Source: Gemmatimonadales bacterium (lineage in GTDB: Bacteria; Gemmatimonadota; Gemmatimonadetes; Gemmatimonadales; GWC2-71-9). Taken from it: a stretch of DNA of 64,000 nt. Made by a program: the position numbers and the translations under genes. This document shows, piece after piece, positions 37,326-47,640 of the stretch. Within the stretch, counting starts at the first letter, position 1, and each line of letters opens with the position of its first letter. Location: positions 40,215-104,214 of the forward strand of contig JBFJCP010000016.1 in NCBI GenBank assembly GCA_041615815.1, read 5' to 3'. A model generated the notes under the pieces. The model made no database searches. It saw nothing but the letters and a program-made list of their open reading frames with translations, and was not told the origin of the DNA.

Positions 37326-38714
37326 ATGCGACGATACCTCGTCGCCGTGGCGGGGGCTCTGGCATACGGCATCGCGGCTAGTTCGCTCACGGCCCAGGGA
37401 TTCGGGCTCTACGAACACGGCTCCTGCGTCATGGCCCGCGCCGGGGCCGGGGTCGCGGCTCCGTGTGACGACGCATCCGGCATTTTCATCAACCCCGCCG
37501 GACTGACTGACCGCCGGGGATGGACGTTCACTGCAGGCGCCACGATCATTTCCGCCTTTGGAGACTTCACCAACGACACCACCGGCGTGCAGTCGGAGTT
37601 GGGCAACGATCCAATCACCGTTCCGCACGTCTATATAGCGTACGGATTCGACGACCGCTGGGCCGCGGGTGTGGGACTCTTCGTGCCATATGGGCTCGGC
37701 ACCCGCTGGCCACTCAGCTTCGAAGGTCGCTTTGCCGGCTACGATAACGACCTCCGGACCGTCTACGTCCAGCCCACGCTGTCCGTGAAGCCCCACCCCA
37801 TGGTGGCCCTCGGGTTTGGTCTCGATGTCGCGATCGGAGAAGTCGAGCTCAACCAACGTCTCGACTTCTTCGACCAAGCGGTCCCCGGTGCGCCGCCAGG
37901 GGTCATCGCCGGCCAGCTCGGTATTCCGCGCAACACGGAGTTCATGGATGCCCGGCTGACCGCGTCGGGGGCCACCGGGATCGGCGCCCATGTTGGCGTC
38001 TTATTCGAACCCACAGAGCAGATCAGCCTTGGCGCACGCTATATCACGCGCATCACCCTCGACTACGACGGAGAGGCGCAGTTCAGGCAGATTGAGACGG
38101 GTCTCATCTTGCCCGCGGACAACCCACTGGCTCCCGGCATGGGTCCGGTCCCGCTCGACGCCATCGTGCTGGGGCTCATGGCCCCCGGGGGCCCGTTCGC
38201 GAACCAGCCCGCCAGCACGAGCATCACCATGCCGGATCAATTCGTCGCGGGCATCGCGATCAAGCCCACTCCGGAACTCACGCTCCTTGCCGACTGGCAG
38301 TGGGTGCACTGGACCGTGCTCGACACGATCGCCCTGAGCTTCGACAATGTGGCCACCCCTACCAGCTTGCCGCAGAACTACCACAACACCAACGGCATTC
38401 GGCTGGGCGTGGATTGGAGAGCCACCGACCGGTGGTCCTTCCGTGGTGGAGTGCTCACCCACACCGAGGCATCCCCAGCCGAGACCGTGACACCGCTCCT
38501 CCCCGAGAGCGACCGCAACGAATTCACGCTCGGGGTCGGTGTTCGGTTTACCCGACAGTTCGCGGGCAACTTCACCTACCAGTTCGTGGCACAGAACGAT
38601 CGGCGGGGCCGTATGCGTAATCCGCTTCCAGGGGAGGACCCGATCGATCTCAATGCCGGGGTGTACGAATTTGCCGGACATCTCTTCGGTATCTCTCTCA
38701 CGTGGAAACCCTGA
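37326..38714 (+). CDS. fadL: Outer-membrane long-chain fatty acid transporter FadL/OmpP1 family
   Basis: Signal peptide; QGFGLYEH...MARAGAG...INPAG hatch; PYGL; beta-barrel. Confidence 0.9.
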   Translation: MRRYLVAVAGALAYGIAASSLTAQGFGLYEHGSCVMARAGAGVAAPCDDASGIFINPAGLTDRRGWTFTAGATIISAFGDFTNDTTGVQSELGNDPITVPHVYIAYGFDDRWAAGVGLFVPYGLGTRWPLSFEGRFAGYDNDLRTVYVQPTLSVKPHPMVALGFGLDVAIGEVELNQRLDFFDQAVPGAPPGVIAGQLGIPRNTEFMDARLTASGATGIGAHVGVLFEPTEQISLGARYITRITLDYDGEAQFRQIETGLILPADNPLAPGMGPVPLDAIVLGLMAPGGPFANQPASTSITMPDQFVAGIAIKPTPELTLLADWQWVHWTVLDTIALSFDNVATPTSLPQNYHNTNGIRLGVDWRATDRWSFRGGVLTHTEASPAETVTPLLPESDRNEFTLGVGVRFTRQFAGNFTYQFVAQNDRRGRMRNPLPGEDPIDLNAGVYEFAGHLFGISLTWKP

Positions 38715-38749
38715 CGATGAGGGGACAACGCATTCGTGAGGACGAACAC

Positions 38750-40006
38750 ATGCGCACACGCGTTGGTCGCCGCGGAGCGAGCCTTGCGCTCCTGACGGCG
38801 ATCGCCCTGCTCACGGCCTGTGAAAGCGCGCCCCTGATCCCGCCCCTCGGCCGGCCCATCCCTTCTGGTGGCGCCCTGTTCCAGCGCTACTTGGCGATGG
38901 GCAACAGCATCACGGCGGGGTTCCAATCATTGGGGATCAACGACAGCACGCAACTCGAGTCGTACGCGGTCTTGCTCGCCCAACAGTTTGGGCTCACCGT
39001 GGGGCTCGATTTCAACGTACCGCTGATGAATCAGCCGGGGTGTCCACCGCCCCTCGTGAACATCTTCACCCAGACACGACTGGCCGGCGGTGGCACGGCA
39101 GATTGCGCGCTTCGGAAGAGACCCATCTCGCCCGTGATTCACAACGTGTCGGTCCCCGGGGCGGCCGTCATCGACGTGCTGAGTCATTTCGACCCGGCGA
39201 GCAGCCCCAATCCCCTCACGACCTTGCTCCTGGGCGGGCAATCCCAGCTCGAAGCCGCCGCGGCGGCCCAGCCCACCTTCGTCACCCTCTGGGTGGGATT
39301 CAACGACGTCCTCGGTGCGCTGACCACGGCTTTGACGGCTCCGGAGCTGGCGGGGGATCCTTCGTTTATCACTGATCCGGCGGATTTTGCCACGCGGTTT
39401 TCCAGCGTCATGGCGGGCTTGGACGCCATGCCGAGCATTCAGGGTGGCGCGCTCATCGGTGCGGTCCAGGTCGTCGCGGCCCCGTTCGTGTCCACCGGTT
39501 TGGCCTATTTTGTAGCCGCGCAGAGCATCCCGACCCTCACGGTACTGGCCAACTGCCTGGATACCGCACCGATACCCGGTGGAGGCCCGAACGACACCGC
39601 GGTCGTCTTCGTGCCGTTCCCCTTCGGTGCGGCCAAACTGGACAGTGCCGTGGCCGGGGTTCCGGTCACCCTGGACTGCTCCGTGCCCGAGGTGATCACG
39701 GTAGCCGAATCCATCAACATGATTCTGGCGGTGGCCCAGTACAACGGGGTGATGGCGTTGGAGGCAGCGGCGCGCGGCTGGGTGTTCGTCGATCCCAACG
39801 ACCTGCTGGGTCCCTTCATCGGAGACCCGGCGTTCATTCGCCCGTTCCCGGCCTTCCCACCGGATCCCGCCGCGGAGACCGAACCCTTTGGCTCGCTCCT
39901 GAGCCGGGACGGGTTCCATCCGAGTGGGTTGGCGCATCGATTCGTGGCCGACGCCTTGATCACGGCGATCAATGCCGCGTACGGCACCAGCGTTCCGAAC
40001 CTGTAG
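38750..40006 (+). CDS. SGNH/GDSL hydrolase lipoprotein
   Basis: Lipobox LLTAC; YLAMGNSITAG, NVSVPGA, WVGFNDVL, DGFHPS. Confidence 0.88.
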   Translation: MRTRVGRRGASLALLTAIALLTACESAPLIPPLGRPIPSGGALFQRYLAMGNSITAGFQSLGINDSTQLESYAVLLAQQFGLTVGLDFNVPLMNQPGCPPPLVNIFTQTRLAGGGTADCALRKRPISPVIHNVSVPGAAVIDVLSHFDPASSPNPLTTLLLGGQSQLEAAAAAQPTFVTLWVGFNDVLGALTTALTAPELAGDPSFITDPADFATRFSSVMAGLDAMPSIQGGALIGAVQVVAAPFVSTGLAYFVAAQSIPTLTVLANCLDTAPIPGGGPNDTAVVFVPFPFGAAKLDSAVAGVPVTLDCSVPEVITVAESINMILAVAQYNGVMALEAAARGWVFVDPNDLLGPFIGDPAFIRPFPAFPPDPAAETEPFGSLLSRDGFHPSGLAHRFVADALITAINAAYGTSVPNL

Positions 40007-40049
40007 CACTCGCGTGCGCCAGGCGCTATCCCGCGGGAGGCCCGCTCCG

Positions 40050-41720
40050 GTGAGCCTCCCGCCTTTCGCGCCAACCGTGGGCGGTGCGGCACGTCGGCGG
40101 CTCGGTGCCGGTGGGGGCGCTGCGGGCGATCTGGGCTGCCGCGCGCGGCTGCTCGTCATCACGGTGGGTCTGGCGCTGGCGGCGGGACCCTCGATACTCT
40201 CGGCCCAGTATCCCCATGCGTTCGTACTTCCCGCCGGCGCGCTGCGATTGAGCTTCGAGCCGGAGCTCACGACGTACGACGAGCGCTTCGGACCCGACGG
40301 CGAGATCGAGCCGCTGGGGCTCGATCTCTCACCGGATTCTGCCGGCCCCAACTTTCTTGTCACGCTCCTGGCACCACAACTCGCGGTGCAGTCGATCATC
40401 GGAGACGCCACCTACCAGATGACCGCCGGCGCCGTCCGGACCAGGCTGGACGCCGATGTCCGACGATTCCCTTTCAGTCTGGCGCTGGGCCTCACCAACC
40501 GCCTCACGTTCACCGCCACCATTCCCATCGTGACGACGCGAATGCAGGTGGATCTCACGGTCGACGGAACCGATGCCAACCTGGGATGGAACCAGACCGT
40601 TCCCGAGGCTGCGAATGCGGGGGGATTCGCTCAGGTCGAACTCCTGCTGAGCGAGTTGGAGGCCGCGGCGGCATCCGTGGACGCGCAAATCGCCGCCGGC
40701 GCGTTCGGATGCCCCACCAGCGCCCAGTGCGATCAGGCCAGGGACCTGGTGAGCCGAACCCGTGCTCTTCGTACCGACGTCATTGCGCTGACGGGGGTGC
40801 TCGCCACCGACGGATCCACGCCTCCCTTTGCCCCCTTGGCCACGTCGGCGGCGGGACAGGCGATTCTTGGCGTGATCACGGCGATCGCGGCCGAGCTCGC
40901 TTCCTTTGGCGCTCCCGCCATCACGGCGTCGCTCCCCCTCCCCGACATGCCCGTCACCGCCGACGACATCAACACGGTGCTCACGTCCGGCACATTCGGC
41001 TATAACGCGTTCCCGCTGGCGTTTGCTAAGCTGCGCAACAACCTGGGCGACGCCGAGGTCGGCCTGCGCTTGGGGGTCCTCCAGGCACCGAATGCTCGGG
41101 CGACCTTGAGCACGACCGTGAGACTCCCCACGGGAACACTCGACTCGCCAGCGCACTTCGTGGATCTGGGCTCCGGCGACAAGCAACTCGACGTGATTGG
41201 TGGCCTCGAGATCGCCCTGGAACCCGGGAGTGCCGTGGGCCTGGCTCTCACCGGTTCGTACACCCTGCAGCTCCCGCACCAGCTCACGCGCCGCGTCACC
41301 ATTCCGGAGCGCCCCATTGCCGTCGAGGCAGCCGAAACGGTGGTAGACCGGGATTTGGGGGACATCCTGGAGCTCGGGGTCTATCCCACTATCCGGCTGA
41401 GCCGCGCGTTCCGGGTATACCTCTCCGGTCATTACTACAAGAAGTTCGCCGACAAGGTGAGCGCTGCAGGAACGCTTCCGCCGTTTCCCGGGTCGGAGCC
41501 GGTCACCGCACTCGAACAGGAAACGGCGATGGAACTGCTATCGATCGGTGGCGGAATCTATTTTCGAGCGGACGAGGATCGGCGAGGCCCACGGCTCCCT
41601 ATCGAGGCTGGGATCGACTACCGCACCGCATTCGACGGGAAGGGCGGCCTCACGCCGAGACCCACACGACTCAATTTCTATCTGCGGTTGTATTTTGGGT
41701 TGTGGTGGAGGGGTCAGTAA
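40050..41720 (+). CDS. Outer-membrane beta-barrel hypothetical protein (start uncertain)
   Basis: Signal peptide; LGDAEVGLR...VRLPTG...GSGD (MetA-pathway-like); C-terminal LRLYF. Confidence 0.7.
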   Translation: MSLPPFAPTVGGAARRRLGAGGGAAGDLGCRARLLVITVGLALAAGPSILSAQYPHAFVLPAGALRLSFEPELTTYDERFGPDGEIEPLGLDLSPDSAGPNFLVTLLAPQLAVQSIIGDATYQMTAGAVRTRLDADVRRFPFSLALGLTNRLTFTATIPIVTTRMQVDLTVDGTDANLGWNQTVPEAANAGGFAQVELLLSELEAAAASVDAQIAAGAFGCPTSAQCDQARDLVSRTRALRTDVIALTGVLATDGSTPPFAPLATSAAGQAILGVITAIAAELASFGAPAITASLPLPDMPVTADDINTVLTSGTFGYNAFPLAFAKLRNNLGDAEVGLRLGVLQAPNARATLSTTVRLPTGTLDSPAHFVDLGSGDKQLDVIGGLEIALEPGSAVGLALTGSYTLQLPHQLTRRVTIPERPIAVEAAETVVDRDLGDILELGVYPTIRLSRAFRVYLSGHYYKKFADKVSAAGTLPPFPGSEPVTALEQETAMELLSIGGGIYFRADEDRRGPRLPIEAGIDYRTAFDGKGGLTPRPTRLNFYLRLYFGLWWRGQ

Positions 41721-41829
41721 AAAAAGAGGCCGGATGGGCATGGACCAACGGCAGCCGATCACAGCCAACGACCCGACGGCACACCGCCGCACCAATCGGT
41801 CGCCGTAGCAGACCGCCGGTCGCGTTTTC

Positions 41830-43551
41830 CTACCGCCCCTCTGCCGCTCCCTGTAACCGATCCCCTTTGCGCGGCGACGTCTCCCCCGCCCCTCCACGTC
41901 CCAACAGATCTGCCGCGTGTTGCCGCACGACCGGATCGTCTGCATCGCCGAGCAATCGAGCAATCTCCTGCTCGCGTTCCGGAGGGTGCAGCACCCGGAC
42001 GGCCGCTGTGGCGATCCCCCGGCGCGCGTGTTTCTCTACCGTCAGGTGATGACCCGCGCGGGCGGCGATTTGCGCAAGATGGGTAATGACCAGGACCTGA
42101 CGGGATCCAGCGACCTCTCGTAACGCCTCGGCCACCCGTGCCCCGACCTCCGCTCCGATACCCTGGTCCACCTCGTCGAACACGAGAGTTCGGATGGCGT
42201 CGTGGCTTGCAAGCACCACCTTGAGCGCCAGCATCAGCCGCGAGAGCTCACCCCCGCTCGCCACCTGTGCCAACGGTCTGGCGTCGAGACCGGGGTTGAG
42301 CTGCGCGAGAAACGTGACGGCATCCGCACCAACGGCCGTGACTCGCGGCGCCGGTATCACTTGGATGAGGATCTTGCCGCCCGGGATACCCAGTCCCGGA
42401 AGCAACTGTCCCACCGCTTTGGCCAAGCGTCCCGCGGCCCGGCGTCGTTTGGCGGTGAGCGCTCGTGCTGCCGTCTCCAGCTCGGCTTCGGCCGCCACCC
42501 GGCGCTCGCTGATCTGGGCGAGGTCCAGATCCGCCGTGTCCAGCAGGTCCAACTCCTCCCGGGCTTCAGCAGCCGTGCGCAGGACGTCTTCGATGGTCGC
42601 GCCGTATTTCTGCGTCAGCCGATACAGGGTGTCACGCCGGCGTTCGACCTGCGCGAGCCGATCGGGATCGTACTCGATCTCGGATGCGTATTGGCGTACC
42701 GTGCGGGCGAGCTCCTCGACATTGGCTTCCGCCGTCTCGAGCAACTCACGCCACCGCGCGACGCTGCCGTCGATGCGCTCGATCGTACGGAAGGTCCGTT
42801 GCGCCAGCCCGAGCCGCGGGAGCACCCCCGCCTCGTCGTCGCCGTCGAGGGCTTCGGTCAGCTGCTCCGCAAGCTGCGTGAGCTCTTCCGCGTTGGCGAG
42901 TCGCTTCCCCTCGACCGCCAAACCATCATCCTCGCCCACCGCCGGCGCCGCGCTCTCGATCTCTCGCACCACGTGCCGGAGATAGTCGGCCCGCCGACGC
43001 ACATCGTCCCGCCGACGCACGAGGGTCGCTTCCTCTTCCCGTAGCGCCGCCGTGCGCTCGTAGGCTTCGGCCACCTCCGTCCGCTCCTGGATGCAATCTC
43101 CAAAGGCATCCAAGATGTCGCGCTGGGTGTTCGCCTTGAGCAGTGACTGCGCCTCGTGCTGCCCATGGAGGTCTACCAGCAGACGGCCCAACGATGCGAG
43201 GACCGCCACGGTGGTGGGACTACCGTTGGCCCAGGCCCGGTTTCGTCCCTGGCTGTTGATCTCCCGCCGGACGATGAGACGCTCCTCTTCCAGATCGACA
43301 CCCAATTCGTCCGCGAGCCGCGCGAAGTCCGGGCTTCCTGCCACATCGAACGCGGCCTCGACAACGGCGCGGCGCGCCCCGGGGCGGACCAGATCGGCGC
43401 TGGCGCGCTCTCCCAAGAGGAGCGCCAGCGCGTCCACGAGCATCGACTTCCCGGCCCCCGTCTCGCCGGTGAGGACATTGAGTCCTCCCTGCAGCGGGAG
43501 CGTGACGTCGGCGATCACCGCGAGGTCGCGGACGCGGAGTTCGGTCAGCAC
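41830..43551 (-). CDS. recN: DNA repair protein RecN
   Basis: LTGETGAGKS, HGQH, ASGGELSR, FDEVD, ITHLAQIA. Confidence 0.96.
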   Translation of the reverse strand: MLTELRVRDLAVIADVTLPLQGGLNVLTGETGAGKSMLVDALALLLGERASADLVRPGARRAVVEAAFDVAGSPDFARLADELGVDLEEERLIVRREINSQGRNRAWANGSPTTVAVLASLGRLLVDLHGQHEAQSLLKANTQRDILDAFGDCIQERTEVAEAYERTAALREEEATLVRRRDDVRRRADYLRHVVREIESAAPAVGEDDGLAVEGKRLANAEELTQLAEQLTEALDGDDEAGVLPRLGLAQRTFRTIERIDGSVARWRELLETAEANVEELARTVRQYASEIEYDPDRLAQVERRRDTLYRLTQKYGATIEDVLRTAAEAREELDLLDTADLDLAQISERRVAAEAELETAARALTAKRRRAAGRLAKAVGQLLPGLGIPGGKILIQVIPAPRVTAVGADAVTFLAQLNPGLDARPLAQVASGGELSRLMLALKVVLASHDAIRTLVFDEVDQGIGAEVGARVAEALREVAGSRQVLVITHLAQIAARAGHHLTVEKHARRGIATAAVRVLHPPEREQEIARLLGDADDPVVRQHAADLLGRGGAGETSPRKGDRLQGAAEGR

Positions 43552-43723
43552 GGTACGGGAAACTTCCGGGGAACCACGGTGCCGTTTGGGCGCGCGAAGC
43601 GGCCGGGCCGGCAGCACAGCCCATGGCAGTCCCCCGCGCCACCTCTGTCGGCACTACCGCCAAGTCGCACTTTGCCGGGAGTGGTCCTGCTCGGGTCATT
43701 CGCCACTCTCGCCACGCAGCCTC

Positions 43724-44590
43724 CTATCGCTCCCGATCGCTCAGGTCGCCCCAGTGTAGCTTGGCGCGCATGCGCGCAAAGAATCCTTCCTTCCCCACCC
43801 GGATCAATCGCACGTCTCCGCTGCCCCGGCGCACCACGACACGTTCCGTTGGCACCAGTTTGGCGCCCACTTGGCCATCGTACGACACGAGGACTTCGTC
43901 GCGCCATGGTGGGACCACGTCGAGGGTGATCTCGGCACTACCGGGGACCACGATGGGTCGCACCGCGAGGGTGTGGGGGCAAATGGCAGTGATTACCAGT
44001 GCGTCCACGCCGGGGACGACGACGGGTCCGCCGGCACTCAGGGAATAGGCCGTCGATCCGGTGGGTGTCGCGACGATGATCCCATCAGCGCTGTATTGGC
44101 TGACCTCTTCGTCGTCTACGAACACTTTGACGGGAATGACGCGGGCCACGCCCGCCTTGTGGACCACGACGTCGTTGAGCGCGGAGCGACCAGGGCGCTC
44201 GGATCCGTCGGCACCGAGGATCCGTGTTTGGAGCGTGCGGCGAGACTCGAGGACGTAATCGCCGGCTGCCACGGACTGGAGCGCGGCTTCCATCGTCTCT
44301 GGGGTTGCGCTGGTGAGAAACCCCACCCGGCCCAAGTTGATACCCAGAATAGGAACGGGCCGGGACTCGAGCATGCGAGCGGCCCGGAGCAAGGTACCGT
44401 CGCCACCCAGCGTGATGAGGTAATCCAGCGCCACCCCGTCTAACGGTGGCGGGGTGGGACGCGGCCACAACGCGGCCAGATCGGGTTCGGCGTACAAGCT
44501 GAAGTCGTGCTGGGGTGCCTCGCCAGCGAGCCTGGACAGGAGCCCGCGCAGTGCCTCGTACCGCGGGTTCCCGACGACGCCGAGCTTCAT
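43724..44590 (-). CDS. nadK: NAD kinase
   Basis: LGGDGT, GINLGRVGFL, ALNDVV, TPTGSTAYSLSAGG. Confidence 0.96.
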   Translation of the reverse strand: MKLGVVGNPRYEALRGLLSRLAGEAPQHDFSLYAEPDLAALWPRPTPPPLDGVALDYLITLGGDGTLLRAARMLESRPVPILGINLGRVGFLTSATPETMEAALQSVAAGDYVLESRRTLQTRILGADGSERPGRSALNDVVVHKAGVARVIPVKVFVDDEEVSQYSADGIIVATPTGSTAYSLSAGGPVVVPGVDALVITAICPHTLAVRPIVVPGSAEITLDVVPPWRDEVLVSYDGQVGAKLVPTERVVVRRGSGDVRLIRVGKEGFFARMRAKLHWGDLSDRER

Positions 44591-46488
44591 CTCGCCGTAA
44601 CCGACTCCTCGGCTGCCCAGGCGCGAACGCGATCGGCGATACCAGGCCCCGTGAGTCCAACCGACTCGAGTTGTCGGGCCCGCGGAGCGTGCTCGTACGT
44701 GCCATCGGGAACGCCGACGACCCGCACTCGGGCCTCGGAGGCCATGCCCTCGACGGTTGCCGCGACGAATGCACCGAAGCCGTTGACCATGGTGCCGTCC
44801 TCGATGGTGACGAGCAGCCGCTGGCGCGCCGCTAGGCTCTCGAGCATCGCGCGATCGAGCGGCTTCATGAAACGACAATTCACGACACTCACGTCGAGCC
44901 CGTCGCGAGCCAGGAGCTCCGCGGCTTCGAGCGCCGGCTGGCACATCACGCCCACGGCGAGCAACGCGCAGTCGCGCCCCTCACGCAGGATTTCCCACGT
45001 TCCATAAGGAATCGTGCCCACTTCCGCAGCCGGCGGCGCCGTCCCCGGCGCGGTATCCCGTGGGTACCGCAGGCAAAACGGACCTGCCGGATGCGCGAGG
45101 GCACACCGAAGCAGGCCGATCAGCTCCGCTCCGTCTTTGGGCGCGGTGACCGTCATGTTGGGCACACTCAGCATATAGGCGATGTCGTAGAGCCCCATGT
45201 GGGTTTGGCCGTCGGCGCCCACCATGCCCGCTCGGTCCATGCAAAAGATCACGGGGAGCTTTTGGATCGCCACATCGTGTACGATGCTATCGTAGGCACG
45301 CTGGAGGAATGTCGAGTAGATGGCCACCACCGGTCGGATCCCTTGCGTGGCGAGCCCGGCCGCAAAGGTGGTGCCGTGCGCCTCAGCGATGCCAACGTCG
45401 AAGAAGCGATCCGGCCATCGCTTCTGAAACACGTTGGTCCCGGTACCGGAGGGCATCGCGGCCGTGATGGCCACGAGCTCCGGATGCTCGGCGGCGAGCT
45501 CGGCGACGGCCGTGCCGAACACCTTGGTCCACGCGGGAGGCCCGGACTTGGACGGCCTGAGTTCACCGGTGACCGGGTCGTACGGTTTTCGAGCGTGGAA
45601 CTTCTCGAGGTCGGGTTCCTTCAGGGGGAAGCCCTTCCCCTTCTCCGTGATCACGTGGACCACCCGTGGTCCCTTGAGGGTCTTCACTAACTCGAAGGTG
45701 CGAACCATCGCCTCCACGTTGTGGCCGTCGATGGGGCCGAAGTACCGGAACCCCAACTCCTCGAAGAGCATTCCCTGTGACCAGAGGTTCTTGACGCTCT
45801 CCTCGACGGTCTTGGCAAACTCGACCACTCGCTGGCCGCCCACGAGATGCGACGCCCGCTCGATCATGTGCTTCACGTGCTCGCGCATCCGGTTGGTGAA
45901 CGGGCTGGCAATCACGGCGCCCAGGTAGCGGCTCATGGCGCCGACGTTGGGGGCGATGGACATCCCATTGTCGTTCAGCACGAGGATGAGATCGCGGTCG
46001 GAGTGACCGGCGTTGTTCATCCCCTCGTACGACAGCCCGCAGGTGAGCGCGCCGTCGCCGACGACCGCCACGACATGGAAATCTTCACCCTTGAGATCTC
46101 GGGCGGTCGCCATTCCCACGGCCGCCGACATCGCAGTGCCGGCGTGGCCCGCCCCGAACATGTCGTGCTCGCTCTCGGTGCGGCGCAAGAAACCCGACAG
46201 CCCGTCTTCCTGGCGCAGGGTGGGCAGACGGTCGTTCCGCCCGGTCAGGATCTTCCACGGGTAGCCTTGATGCCCCACATCCCAGACGATCTTGTCTTTC
46301 GGGGATTCGAAACAGTGGGCGAGCGCGACCGTCAGTTCCACAACCCCGAGACCCGCCCCAATATGGCCACCGGTCTGCGAGACCACGTCGATCAGGCGTT
46401 GGCGCACCTCGTCCGCCAGCGCCGCCAGATCACGGCGGGGAAGCCGGGCGACGTCGTGCGGTGACCGAATCGTATCGAGCAATGCCAT
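44587..46488 (-). CDS. dxs: 1-deoxy-D-xylulose-5-phosphate synthase
   Basis: WDVGHQ, GDGA...NDN, DVGIAE, DRAG, RYPR. Confidence 0.97.
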   Translation of the reverse strand: MALLDTIRSPHDVARLPRRDLAALADEVRQRLIDVVSQTGGHIGAGLGVVELTVALAHCFESPKDKIVWDVGHQGYPWKILTGRNDRLPTLRQEDGLSGFLRRTESEHDMFGAGHAGTAMSAAVGMATARDLKGEDFHVVAVVGDGALTCGLSYEGMNNAGHSDRDLILVLNDNGMSIAPNVGAMSRYLGAVIASPFTNRMREHVKHMIERASHLVGGQRVVEFAKTVEESVKNLWSQGMLFEELGFRYFGPIDGHNVEAMVRTFELVKTLKGPRVVHVITEKGKGFPLKEPDLEKFHARKPYDPVTGELRPSKSGPPAWTKVFGTAVAELAAEHPELVAITAAMPSGTGTNVFQKRWPDRFFDVGIAEAHGTTFAAGLATQGIRPVVAIYSTFLQRAYDSIVHDVAIQKLPVIFCMDRAGMVGADGQTHMGLYDIAYMLSVPNMTVTAPKDGAELIGLLRCALAHPAGPFCLRYPRDTAPGTAPPAAEVGTIPYGTWEILREGRDCALLAVGVMCQPALEAAELLARDGLDVSVVNCRFMKPLDRAMLESLAARQRLLVTIEDGTMVNGFGAFVAATVEGMASEARVRVVGVPDGTYEHAPRARQLESVGLTGPGIADRVRAWAAEESVTAR

Positions 46489-46529
46489 GGCCCCTCACTC
46501 CTCTCCGGTACGCTCCGAGCGAGCCGGTC

Positions 46530-47414
46530 TCACGATCGGCGCGCGAGCATGAACTCCGCTAACGCGGACAGCAGATGGGAATCTAGCCGGGCGGCCCCCA
46601 GGTGGTCCACGGCGCGGGCCACATGCTGCGCTGCGGCGGACCGCGCCGCCTCGACGCCCAGCAGGCCCGCGAAGGTCGCTTTCTGGTGTTGGGCGTCCTT
46701 TCCGGCGGTCTTCCCCAGCTGAGACGATGAGGCCGTGGCGTCCAGGATGTCATCCACGATCTGAAATGCGAGACCGATCTCCTCGCCGTAGCGACGGAGA
46801 GCTTCCACGGCGCCGGCGTTCCCACCCGCCGCCAACCCGCCGATGACCACGCTCGCTGTGATGAGCGCGCCCGTCTTGGCACGGTGAATCTGCGTCAGGG
46901 TTTCCGCGTCGAGCGCTCGACCCTCCGCTTCGAGATCCATGACCTGGCCACCGATCATCCCGGCGGCGCCTGCCGCCCGGTAGAGCTCGCGCCCCATGGC
47001 GCCGAGCACAGGCAGGGGAAGCCCCAAGGCGTGCGCGCCGGCCGCGAGCACCCGGGCGGACAGGGGGACCATGCGGAATCCCGCTTCCACGGCCACTTCC
47101 GGCCCGAACATCCGGTGCGTCGTGGGCCTGCCGCGCCGCAGGGCATCATCGTCCATACAGGGAAGGTCATCGTGGACCAACGAATAGGTGTGGACGATCT
47201 CCACGGCACACGCGAGCTCCCCCGCGTCGCGCTCACCGCCCAGCGTTCGATACGCGGCCAGTACCAACGCCGGACGAAGCCGTTTCCCCGGAGCCGAGAG
47301 GCTATAGACGATGGCGTCGCCCACGGGATCGGGGCGCTCGCCATGAATGCGAGCGCACCACCGCGCCAGCTCGCGGGAGACGGTCTCCCGCGTCCCGGCG
47401 AGAAACGCCTGCAG
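46530..47414 (-). CDS. ispA: Geranyltranstransferase / farnesyl diphosphate synthase (start possibly CTG)
   Basis: GKRLRP, HDDLPCMDD...RRG, KT, FQIVDDILD; homology extends upstream of the first GTG (47324). Confidence 0.93.
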   Translation of the reverse strand: MQAFLAGTRETVSRELARWCARIHGERPDPVGDAIVYSLSAPGKRLRPALVLAAYRTLGGERDAGELACAVEIVHTYSLVHDDLPCMDDDALRRGRPTTHRMFGPEVAVEAGFRMVPLSARVLAAGAHALGLPLPVLGAMGRELYRAAGAAGMIGGQVMDLEAEGRALDAETLTQIHRAKTGALITASVVIGGLAAGGNAGAVEALRRYGEEIGLAFQIVDDILDATASSSQLGKTAGKDAQHQKATFAGLLGVEAARSAAAQHVARAVDHLGAARLDSHLLSALAEFMLARRS

Positions 47415-47415
47415 A

Positions 47416-47640
47416 TCAGACGGAGAGGTCCGTTGCTCTAAGCGTTCCGTCGGCTTCCTCCAACACGCGCTTCACGGTCAACTCGGACTTGGCCAGCAGC
47501 GAGCGGGCAGACTTCAGCCGCCGCACACCCTCTTCGAACAACTCGAGGGCCTGGTCCAGATCGACGTCGGGATTCTCCAGCTTCCGGACAATGCCCTCCA
47601 GGCGCTCGAGCTCCTCGCTGAAACTGGGCGTGGCACTCAT
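47416..47640 (-). CDS. xseB: Exodeoxyribonuclease VII small subunit
   Basis: SFSEELERLEGIVRKLE...LDQALELFEEG. Confidence 0.95.
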   Translation of the reverse strand: MSATPSFSEELERLEGIVRKLENPDVDLDQALELFEEGVRRLKSARSLLAKSELTVKRVLEEADGTLRATDLSV

